A DNA stretch of 53,047 bases from a virus (taxonomy: Duplodnaviria; Caudoviricetes). Every line of letters begins with the position of its first letter. Positions within the stretch are counted from its first letter, which is position 1. The stretch spans positions 1 through 53,047 of IMG/VR virus record IMGVR_UViG_3300042922_000549. The stretch is one strand, 5' to 3'. The notes under the pieces were generated by a model. That model saw only the letters and a list, made by a program, of their open reading frames with translations. It did not search any database and was not told the DNA's origin. The position numbers and the translations under genes were made by a program. Positions 9,189 to 17,027 of this stretch are shown piece by piece.

Positions 9189-9437
9189 TTATTTATCTTC
9201 ATTTAATACCCATTTAAGTAATTGTAATTGCTTATTAAGTTCATTTATTTGCTCATTTTGATAATTAACATCGTTCATCCAAGTGGGTAACCATTTTGAA
9301 ATGTATTCTGGACTATCTGAATAATTTACAATTTTCTTGCTAACTACTTGCATTTGAGCTACTGCACTTTTCTTTCTATACTCAATATCTTCTTCTATGT
9401 TATTTATTCTTTCTTTAATTTGCTCTAAATTTCTCAT
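9189..9437 (-). CDS. hypothetical coiled-coil protein
   Basis: ORF track 9189..9488; start reassigned to the ATG at 9437 after a CGGAGG RBS and promoter. Confidence 0.7.
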   Translation of the reverse strand: MRNLEQIKERINNIEEDIEYRKKSAVAQMQVVSKKIVNYSDSPEYISKWLPTWMNDVNYQNEQINELNKQLQLLKWVLNEDK

Positions 9438-9486
9438 TCTTAATCCTCCGATTGATTTTTTAGTGGTTATTGCTAACCTTGATACC

Positions 9487-9515
9487 ATTATACACTATGC
9501 TTTTTAATTTGTACA
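9487..9515 (-). promoter_or_regulatory. sigmaA-type promoter
   Basis: TGTACA-N17-TATAAT. Confidence 0.7.
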
Positions 9516-9674
9516 CAATTATTTTTAATATTTTTTAAATTATTTTCGCATTTTTTACTACAGAATTGGCACCAACCTCTATGTTCTGCTTCTTTAACTG
9601 TAGCCATTTTATATGTTTCACATTTACCTACCATATGCAATCCCTCCGAATGTTTTATTTCTTATCCTGATACC

Positions 9675-9703
9675 ATTGTACACTATGGAAACCTATTTGT
9701 AAA
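9675..9703 (-). promoter_or_regulatory. sigmaA-type promoter
   Basis: TTTACA-N17-TACAAT; shares flanking sequence with the 9487 copy. Confidence 0.65.
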
Positions 9704-9722
9704 CAATTATTTTAAAAATTTT

Positions 9723-9959
9723 TTAATCATTTTTCTCAATATGCTTAATAACATCATTTATTGCATCTCTAAAATCATAAATGCTATCAACCGGAATATT
9801 CAAAGCTCCTTTTAAAAAGAAGTTTATTGGTTTATCATTATCATCTTTAACAGACAACTTTTGGCCAATTATGATATTTTCATTTGACTTACTAAGCACT
9901 ATTGTTCTTTTTGATGAAATATTAACAGCTGCAATTTCTACAAATTTACCACCAGACAT
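9723..9959 (-). CDS. hypothetical protein
   Basis: 78-aa ORF with GGAGG RBS. Confidence 0.7.
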   Translation of the reverse strand: MSGGKFVEIAAVNISSKRTIVLSKSNENIIIGQKLSVKDDNDKPINFFLKGALNIPVDSIYDFRDAINDVIKHIEKND

Positions 9960-9962
9960 ATT

Positions 9963-10154
9963 TTAGTCCTCCTTACTTTTACTGTATTTTCTGATTTGTT
10001 CCAATATATCTTCATAAGCCATTGCTTTTTTAGTTTTTACTAAATCATTCATAATTGGCTTTTCTAACGTCTTATCTTTTTTCTGCTCTTCAATATATTT
10101 TTCAGCACTTTTGCAAATCTTCAAAATATTTTTGTTAAGCTCTTTACTGGTCAT
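9963..10154 (-). CDS. hypothetical protein
   Basis: 63-aa ORF overlapping the upstream stop. Confidence 0.6.
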   Translation of the reverse strand: MTSKELNKNILKICKSAEKYIEEQKKDKTLEKPIMNDLVKTKKAMAYEDILEQIRKYSKSKED

Positions 10155-10563
10155 CTGGAGTTTCCTCCATAATAATATTAGCTTTCATTTTAACTTTTAT
10201 TAGCTCATCCTTACTAACAATCTCATTAATATTCTCAGTATATACATAATCTACTTCTGAATTAAATTTGATTGTTGATTCTCCATCTCTGTCGATCTTT
10301 AATTCTTGGAAAGTAAATAAGCCAAGTTTAACCGGTTTATTTCCTCCCTTTTTAGCAACTATCTCAATATTTTGGCCGACAAAAGTAATACTCTTAACTA
10401 TGTTTATTCTTTCATCATAGCTAAACTTAAAACTTAAATCTACACTTTTATTATTCTTAATGTTAAAACTATTATATTGGCCAATAGCAGTTAAAATAAA
10501 ATCTTGAGTAGTTTCTTCTACTTCTACTTTTTCTTTGAGTTCTTCATTTTTCTTTTTTCCCAT
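10144..10563 (-). CDS. hypothetical protein
   Basis: 139-aa ORF. Confidence 0.7.
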   Translation of the reverse strand: MGKKKNEELKEKVEVEETTQDFILTAIGQYNSFNIKNNKSVDLSFKFSYDERINIVKSITFVGQNIEIVAKKGGNKPVKLGLFTFQELKIDRDGESTIKFNSEVDYVYTENINEIVSKDELIKVKMKANIIMEETPDDQ

Positions 10564-11054
10564 TCTTCATTCCTCTTTTCGTGAAATTTTTCTCTTGCTT
10601 TAGAATTGCTTTTTATTATTTGAACCTCAGAGCTTTTAACACAATCAATATCATTATCATAGGAGGATAAAGCATTAACAATTTCACTCTGAGGTTCATA
10701 TTTTAAATCTGAGATATCTTTAACTCCGAGTAGGGATAAACATATATCCTTTATATCTTCGTATTTCAAAACCAAATATAGTTCATCTGTACTTAAGAAT
10801 TGTATTATGAATAGTGGCAACTTATGCTCAACCATTGCATGATATTTTAATTTTTCCAAATCGTCTAAAGTTAATCTATAACTTGAAGCATCTGTACTTT
10901 TTAATTGTGCTAATATTTTGTCATTATATCCATCTTCTTTTTCTGTGAATCCAGCACCACTTTGTTTCGTAGGGGTTAACCCAATACCCAACAAAGTTTT
11001 CTTTTCATTTTCATTATACCATTTACCTGTTCTTTTTCTTTTTACTTTTTCCAT
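10524..11054 (-). CDS. PD-(D/E)XK resolvase-like nuclease
   Basis: NEK...QSGAGFTEKED...AQLKST pattern resembling Hjc-like resolvases. Confidence 0.55.
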   Translation of the reverse strand: MEKVKRKRTGKWYNENEKKTLLGIGLTPTKQSGAGFTEKEDGYNDKILAQLKSTDASSYRLTLDDLEKLKYHAMVEHKLPLFIIQFLSTDELYLVLKYEDIKDICLSLLGVKDISDLKYEPQSEIVNALSSYDNDIDCVKSSEVQIIKSNSKAREKFHEKRNEEWEKRKMKNSKKK

Positions 11055-11376
11055 TAGTTTTTACTCCACCATTCCTATACAATATATTTCCTATATATAA
11101 GTCAAGTCTTTCTTTATCTTCTTTATTTAACCTATAATACAAATCAAATCCTGTTGACCCATCAAAATCGTGAAACACATAATAATACATTGAGCTTTTA
11201 AACGCTTTTCTAAATTCATTCTGGTAACCTACAAGTTGTTTACAATTATCATCATAAACTTTATCAGTAACCAACTGTAAGTCTGTTTCATAATATAGAA
11301 AACTTTGCACTAATATCCATCTTTGCAAAGCATCTATCTTTTCTTTTTCAGTAAAGTAAGGATTTATAAAATTCAT
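11023..11376 (-). CDS. stand-alone protein resembling domain Ia of NAD+-dependent DNA ligase
   Basis: SFLYYETDLQLVTDKVYDDNCKQL matches the LigA Ia Y-Y-x(7)-D-x-x-YD pattern. Confidence 0.6.
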   Translation of the reverse strand: MNFINPYFTEKEKIDALQRWILVQSFLYYETDLQLVTDKVYDDNCKQLVGYQNEFRKAFKSSMYYYVFHDFDGSTGFDLYYRLNKEDKERLDLYIGNILYRNGGVKTNGKSKKKKNR

Positions 11377-11627
11377 AACTTATTCCTTTTTACAAATATT
11401 CCATCTTCTACTAAAAAATCATAATACTCATTTGTAAATACTCGTATTGTACAATTATTTTTTCTTATAACTGTATTATTTTTCATTAAATACCGAACAA
11501 TTAGTTTGAATATTAGTTCATTTATTCTCTTTTTAATTTTCATAAAGCTTGTCCTCCTCTGAGATAATAAGGAAGGTGGCTTATGCCACCATTCCAACCA
11601 TTGCTTTGTAATATTTATTTGATACAT
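11373..11627 (-). CDS. hypothetical protein (likely start ~11543)
   Basis: GAGGAGG RBS precedes the internal MKIKK. Confidence 0.55.
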   Translation of the reverse strand: MYQINITKQWLEWWHKPPSLLSQRRTSFMKIKKRINELIFKLIVRYLMKNNTVIRKNNCTIRVFTNEYYDFLVEDGIFVKRNKL

Positions 11628-12825
11628 ACTTTTCTTGTAAAGTGTTTACTGTGTCTTTGTCCATTCCTTTAAATACTGCTATTAATAATACTTTACTTAA
11701 AGTCATTCCTGATTTTTCTAACTTAACTACATTTGTTATTGCTCTGTAACTAAATGTTGCTCTTATACCAGTTTGTTCAGACTTTTCTCTAAGACCTCTT
11801 ATGAAGTTTACAAGCTCTTCATTTCCTTTTGCCAAGTGTATTTCTATGTTTCTGTCATAATCAAATTTTATACTTACAAATCTATCAAGTGTTGCTTGGT
11901 CTAAAACTAATCTACCAGTGTATTGCTCATCTGCACCACTTCCTATTGTGTTGCCAGCTGCAACAACTCTGAAGTTTGGGTCTGCAAATTCTTTACCGTT
12001 TGGAAATTCAAAGTAACCATTTGCTATTGCTGCATTTAGAAGAACTAATACTTCAGGAATACTTGCATCCATTTCATCTAAGAAGAATAATCCTCCATTT
12101 GTAAAAGCTTTGTAAAATTCTGTTTCATGGTAGTTTCCACCTGCATCAATAAATCCTGTTATTTTAAATTCCTGCTGAACACTGTTTGTAAAGAAAAACT
12201 CTAAACTAAGTTCTTCAGCAATTTGTTGTAGCACGTGATTTTTACCTGAACCAGCTGGTCCGTATAAGTAAACCGGAATATCATTTTCTACACAAGCTTT
12301 AATTGTATTATATTCCATATGTTTTACTGGCTTTTTTAAGTCAATTACTATTGGTTGTTCTTCAATTTCTTTAGCAATTTCTTCAATTTCTTCAACATTC
12401 TCAAAATATTCATCAACTTGTTTCTCAAAACTATAACCATCTTTTTGATTACCTATGTAAATCATACCATTTGAATTATCATAGTTACATCCATCATTAT
12501 TTGGTATTGCAAATATATTTGTTTTAAAGTTGAAGGCTAACATATTATGCTTTTTATTTAAGTAAAGCTTTCTATTAAATGCTTTACTATTAGTGTATAC
12601 TGTTCCTTTGTCTTCCGTTATTTTTTCTAACTTCATTCCAATTGTTTCATCAACCAATACTTCTTTTTCATCTAACTCTTTACTTTCAATCATCCAACTT
12701 TTTGCTGCTATTATAAAGTCTTCATTTTCATCTAATCTTATTTGGCTTTTTGGAATAAATACTGATATACCTTTTTTATTTGTTACCTTTACTGAATAAG
12801 TTGAATTGTAATCTACTTTTAACAT
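11581..12825 (-). CDS. MoxR/CobS-like AAA+ ATPase
   Basis: Walker A GPAGSGKN, Walker B FFLDEMD, VAAGNT and ATLDRF. Confidence 0.9.
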   Translation of the reverse strand: MLKVDYNSTYSVKVTNKKGISVFIPKSQIRLDENEDFIIAAKSWMIESKELDEKEVLVDETIGMKLEKITEDKGTVYTNSKAFNRKLYLNKKHNMLAFNFKTNIFAIPNNDGCNYDNSNGMIYIGNQKDGYSFEKQVDEYFENVEEIEEIAKEIEEQPIVIDLKKPVKHMEYNTIKACVENDIPVYLYGPAGSGKNHVLQQIAEELSLEFFFTNSVQQEFKITGFIDAGGNYHETEFYKAFTNGGLFFLDEMDASIPEVLVLLNAAIANGYFEFPNGKEFADPNFRVVAAGNTIGSGADEQYTGRLVLDQATLDRFVSIKFDYDRNIEIHLAKGNEELVNFIRGLREKSEQTGIRATFSYRAITNVVKLEKSGMTLSKVLLIAVFKGMDKDTVNTLQEKYVSNKYYKAMVGMVA

Positions 12826-12876
12826 TTTCTAATCCTCCGATTGATTTGATTTGTATTTGTTATTCCTTATGTTAAC

Positions 12877-12905
12877 ATTATACATTAATAAAATAAGTTT
12901 GTAAA
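12877..12905 (-). promoter_or_regulatory. sigmaA-type promoter
   Basis: TTTACA-N17-TATAAT. Confidence 0.75.
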
Positions 12906-12943
12906 CAGTTTTTTTAACAATTTACAAACTTATTTTATTAACT

Positions 12944-13792
12944 TTATTTAATATTTTCAAGTTCCTTCTTTATAAATTCTTCTTCACTTATGCTTAGTAA
13001 ATTTGGAATAAATAAAGCATTTTTATAAATGTCTAGCTTTTTTAAATCTTTTACCATATTTTTATAGTTAGAACCTTGTATTGGAGAACCATATCCTACT
13101 GCAAATTCTTTACTTACAATACTGGATTTTTCTATCCAAGAAAAAACTATTCTTCTTAAAAAACTTGAATGCACTAAAGGGAAAGCAATTTTTCCAATAT
13201 TCAATCTATCTGAAGAATTTTTTATTTTAAGATGAATAGATACTGCTTTACCTGCTAGAAAAGAAGATATACTATCACATACGTATAAATTACATTTATA
13301 TCCTTGATTCTCTAATAACTGAATAATTCTTAAAGCTTTTATACTCTCTTCTTGAATCGTTTCTTTAGTAGTATTTCCACTATAACTTACTTCTTTATAC
13401 ACATCAATGATTTTACTTTTCTTAGTTGCAATCTTCTTACTGTTAAACATATTCTGTGGAATACCTTGAATATATCTTGGAACACTTGGCTGAAAACCTA
13501 CAATATCATATATCATTTTATTTCTTTCACTTTTATTTATTTGAATACTCTTTAATGTTTCAGTTAACTTAACAGCCTCTTGCTCCCACCCATTCATAAG
13601 TAAGTCTTCTGCTTCTTCATAAGATTGTGTGCCTGTAAAAGAATAACCTCCTGTCTTGCTATTATCACCAAAACCTATTTTATTTTTAGTATTTCTTAAA
13701 AATGTTACTAACTCATGAATTGAATTAAACTTTTCAACAGTAAATTTATAGTTGCTTCCGTGTATCATAATATTTTGCTCTTTTAGTATCAT
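12944..13792 (-). CDS. VWA-like (CobT-like) partner of the MoxR ATPase
   Basis: DIVGFQPSVPRYIQGIPQNM, HSSFLRR and GYGSP motifs; adjacent to the AAA ATPase. Confidence 0.65.
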   Translation of the reverse strand: MILKEQNIMIHGSNYKFTVEKFNSIHELVTFLRNTKNKIGFGDNSKTGGYSFTGTQSYEEAEDLLMNGWEQEAVKLTETLKSIQINKSERNKMIYDIVGFQPSVPRYIQGIPQNMFNSKKIATKKSKIIDVYKEVSYSGNTTKETIQEESIKALRIIQLLENQGYKCNLYVCDSISSFLAGKAVSIHLKIKNSSDRLNIGKIAFPLVHSSFLRRIVFSWIEKSSIVSKEFAVGYGSPIQGSNYKNMVKDLKKLDIYKNALFIPNLLSISEEEFIKKELENIK

Positions 13793-13822
13793 TATTCTAC
13801 CTCCGTAGGATTTCTTTTATTC

Positions 13823-13851
13823 ATTATACATCATACAAAACTGTTTGTAAA
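13823..13851 (-). promoter_or_regulatory. sigmaA-type promoter
   Basis: TTTACA-N17-TATAAT. Confidence 0.75.
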
Positions 13852-13854
13852 CAA

Positions 13855-14118
13855 TTATTTGCAAAATTCTTTAATTAATTTTACTAAAACATCACCATGA
13901 CATTTATTAGGTTTACAACTGCAACCTAGCACTTTCCCCTTTAACTCCCAGAGGTCTTTAATGAGGTTTGGATTATTGCGAATATAAATCTCATATAATC
14001 TTATTACTTCATCTCTATCTCCATCTTTCCCTATTTCAAAAGGGTTACCCCATTTTGTTCCTCTGCCAATATAAATATCAAACTTCTCAAAGTGTCTATT
14101 AGCTACTCTAGTCTTCAT
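13855..14118 (-). CDS. DUF4326-like protein
   Basis: YIGRGTKWGNPF...LKGKVLGCSCKPNKCHGDVL. Confidence 0.9.
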   Translation of the reverse strand: MKTRVANRHFEKFDIYIGRGTKWGNPFEIGKDGDRDEVIRLYEIYIRNNPNLIKDLWELKGKVLGCSCKPNKCHGDVLVKLIKEFCK

Positions 14119-14240
14119 CTTTATTTGTTATGATTTTTATTGTTGCATCTCTACCAGCAATAATATCTGCAATTTTACTTACTACTTCGATTTCCTCATC
14201 ATTTTTAATCTCAAAGTTTATTGTAACATCTTTCATTTGT

Positions 14241-14825
14241 TTATTCCTCCAATAATAATTTTTGCTTACTTCTTGGTAAAAACCCGTATAAAGCTATACA
14301 AGCAGAATCACTAGCATCATCATCATATTTGACTGTTCCTCTTGTATTTTTAAAGCTTGTATCAAACCCAAGCTCTTTTACAAATTCATAAGTCTCTAAT
14401 TTTTTGTCCTCTGTTTCATTTTTACTTGTACCAACTACTTGACTTTTCCAACTTCTAGTATCTACCGAATAAACTTTAACACCAAAAGCTTTTGCCTCAT
14501 CAATTATACAAGCAAGTAATGCACCGGTCATTTTAATATACCCCGGTTTTAATCCATATCCTTGGGAACCATTTTTACCTTGACTAAAAGTTCTTATGCG
14601 CTCAACATGAATAACTACCTTTTTAGCTTTATGTACATTCTTTTCTAAAATCTCTTTTACAAGTTTCCTAATATAATTTCGTTTGTCTGTTTTTGTTTCC
14701 CCTATTCCTTTATAATAATTAGTACTTTTTACAATAAGTAAATTTCCATCAGCTGCAATACTTATTCCTGTATTTGTATAACTTTGGTCAAACCCAATTA
14801 CTATTTTATCATATTTGTATTTCAC
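14241..14825 (-). CDS. RuvC-like Holliday junction resolvase
   Basis: IGFDQSYTNTGI, HVE, SWK and DDASDS acidic triad. Confidence 0.8.
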   Translation of the reverse strand: MKYKYDKIVIGFDQSYTNTGISIAADGNLLIVKSTNYYKGIGETKTDKRNYIRKLVKEILEKNVHKAKKVVIHVERIRTFSQGKNGSQGYGLKPGYIKMTGALLACIIDEAKAFGVKVYSVDTRSWKSQVVGTSKNETEDKKLETYEFVKELGFDTSFKNTRGTVKYDDDASDSACIALYGFLPRSKQKLLLEE

Positions 14826-14919
14826 ATTTAATCACTTTACCTTTCTACATAAAGTAAATTATAAAGCCTTATAATATATATTATATATCTTATATACTTA
14901 TATAAGGCCTTTGTTAAAA

Positions 14920-15747
14920 CTATGCACTTTCACGCATATTAAACCGTATTCTTCCTATTCCTACATTAAAACAAGCATCTCTCATACCACATTCTTTTGC
15001 TCTTTTACTATCACATTTTTTACATTTTCTAGGAGGCATTTCTTTGTATTTTAAAAATGCTTGCTTCATTTCTTGCACAGTATTTAAACGTGCTAGAATA
15101 GGCTTAACCACCTCTGGGTCATATTCTGCTAAAAATGGTTTCCAGTCTTGGCTATTTTTGTCCTCTGCTAAAACAAATCCTTGTGGAATACCCAATAAAT
15201 GCATATAAAGCTGCATTTGTTTATGTCCACTTGGGTGGCTATTTGCCTTTTGAAAGCTAAAAGTGTTCATGCTTTTTATTTCTACTACATATTTCTTACC
15301 GTCCAAAATTATTACGGCATCAGGAGTAAAGTAAAGCTCATATTCTTCTGAAAAGCTCCTACCCTCAATCATGTCTGCAATGCCTGCTTTTACAAACAAA
15401 TTCTGCCATTTCTCATGTATTGCATTTCCTTGAGCAAATATACGCATTAAATTTACAGGTAATAATTCACCTTGATTTTGTTTGTATAATAAACTTAAAA
15501 CTTGCTGTCTATAACAAAAATCATTATCACTTGCAATCATTGCACTTGCATGTAGCCCAGCCCTATCTTCATCTAAATGGTCCCTTAAATAAAATAACTT
15601 ATCCAATTTGTTTTTAATCAGAAGACTTTGAATGCCCTCAGATTTATTTTTATTACTTGGATTAGGATTTATATTATCCGAATTATTTGGGATTAATAAG
15701 CCATTGTTCTGGGCCTCGGCTAATATCATATCTTTTAAACTTCCCAT
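14920..15747 (-). CDS. Cas4-like PD-(D/E)XK exonuclease
   Basis: GNAIHE, TPD, VEIKS, QMQLYM plus N- and C-terminal Cys residues. Confidence 0.8.
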   Translation of the reverse strand: MGSLKDMILAEAQNNGLLIPNNSDNINPNPSNKNKSEGIQSLLIKNKLDKLFYLRDHLDEDRAGLHASAMIASDNDFCYRQQVLSLLYKQNQGELLPVNLMRIFAQGNAIHEKWQNLFVKAGIADMIEGRSFSEEYELYFTPDAVIILDGKKYVVEIKSMNTFSFQKANSHPSGHKQMQLYMHLLGIPQGFVLAEDKNSQDWKPFLAEYDPEVVKPILARLNTVQEMKQAFLKYKEMPPRKCKKCDSKRAKECGMRDACFNVGIGRIRFNMRESA

Positions 15748-15896
15748 ACTAAATCATCCTCATAGTATAGTTGGCCATCATTACATTCATATACATTTCT
15801 GTCTCCATCTTTTAAAATGTCAGTTACCATTAAAACATTCTCATCTTCATTTTTAACTAAATCACCTACAGAAAACCTGCTTGTATATTTACACAT
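15735..15896 (-). CDS. small hypothetical protein (53 aa, not in ORF track)
   Basis: Manual translation MCKYTSRFSVGDLV...YYEDDLVWEV; GAGGA RBS; fills the gap between neighbours. Confidence 0.55.
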   Translation of the reverse strand: MCKYTSRFSVGDLVKNEDENVLMVTDILKDGDRNVYECNDGQLYYEDDLVWEV

Positions 15897-15905
15897 AATG
15901 TCCTC

Positions 15906-16811
15906 CTATTTATTTTTGTATTTTATGCTATTCTCTTTCATTATCTCTTTTCGTATATCATCCATTTCTCCAAAGCCTACAAAACCTCTATCAAAGAACA
16001 TTGGTAATTCTGCTTCACCATAAGGGTTACAAATCTTACTTTTAACAACTTTAGCTTTCATAATCAAGCCTGCTTTTTCAGTAGTTGCACTATTGCTTGG
16101 ATTTTTGTTTGGAACCTCTATCCAAGCTCTTCTTCCAACTTGAATACGTACACTCATTGCATGCTTTAAAGCTCTACCTCCGGGGGTATCAAATTTATCT
16201 CCAAACATCATAGCATCCATTTTATCTCTTACCTGATTTATAAAAATAATAGTTGTTCCACTTCTTTCTATAATATCAGTTAATGGTTTTAATGTTCTAC
16301 TAAACAAACTTGCTAATTGACCTCTTTGTGGCTGCTTTTCTGTTTCCTTTAAAGTTAATTCATATAAAGCTTTTGGAACCATGTGAGGTACACTATCAAT
16401 TATAATTAATGGAATACCTAACTCTGCAAATTTATTACATTTATCTATTATATCTTCAGCAAACTTATTGTCTCTATACACAAGTAATTGTTTTGGTTTG
16501 TTCTTAAATATTTTAGCTCTTTGAGCATCAAAAGTTCCTTCAGCCGGAATGAATAAAGCCATCTCTTGTGTACCTGCTAAGTGGTAAGCTAAGCTTGTTT
16601 TACCAGAACTTTCAGGTCCAAATATCTCAATCATTCTTCCTCTTGGTGCTCCTCCACCTAAAATATTGTTAAAATCTTCAAGCCCTGTGTTAAATCTTGC
16701 AACACCAGCACTTGCATTTTTACTTCCTAAACTATATATACTTCCTGACCCTTGTTTTGATTCTATACTCTTACATAATTCCATTATTTGCTTCATTTGT
16801 TTATCATTCAT
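15906..16811 (-). CDS. recA: RecA-like recombinase
   Basis: EIFGPESSGKTSL, IIIDSV, IFINQVR, TPGGRALK. Confidence 0.95.
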   Translation of the reverse strand: MNDKQMKQIMELCKSIESKQGSGSIYSLGSKNASAGVARFNTGLEDFNNILGGGAPRGRMIEIFGPESSGKTSLAYHLAGTQEMALFIPAEGTFDAQRAKIFKNKPKQLLVYRDNKFAEDIIDKCNKFAELGIPLIIIDSVPHMVPKALYELTLKETEKQPQRGQLASLFSRTLKPLTDIIERSGTTIIFINQVRDKMDAMMFGDKFDTPGGRALKHAMSVRIQVGRRAWIEVPNKNPSNSATTEKAGLIMKAKVVKSKICNPYGEAELPMFFDRGFVGFGEMDDIRKEIMKENSIKYKNK

Positions 16812-17027
16812 CTAAAAGCCTGCCTTTCCATTCTCAGTAACTCTTTCCATACTTATTGCAATAACTTTTTTCATGTTTATAGAGAGTATTCCTTTTTCAT
16901 CTGAAAATGTAATAACATTTTTACATTTTTTGTTATGCATTTTCATAAGCTCTAATATATTTTCACGCTCTGCTTGGCCAATAATACATTCACTATTTTC
17001 TAACCATATAGTATAATCTTTTATCAT
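16812..17027 (-). CDS. hypothetical protein
   Basis: 71-aa ORF abutting both neighbours. Confidence 0.65.
   Translation of the reverse strand: MIKDYTIWLENSECIIGQAERENILELMKMHNKKCKNVITFSDEKGILSINMKKVIAISMERVTENGKAGF

Noticed and set aside
14860-14912. AT-rich palindrome with GCCTTATA arms (similar word at ~91) as a replication origin
   Set aside because: Low complexity, no iterons; insufficient evidence
14920-15747. CRISPR-Cas system suggested by the Cas4-like nuclease
   Set aside because: No repeat-spacer array or other cas genes; Cas4-like nucleases are common in phage recombination modules
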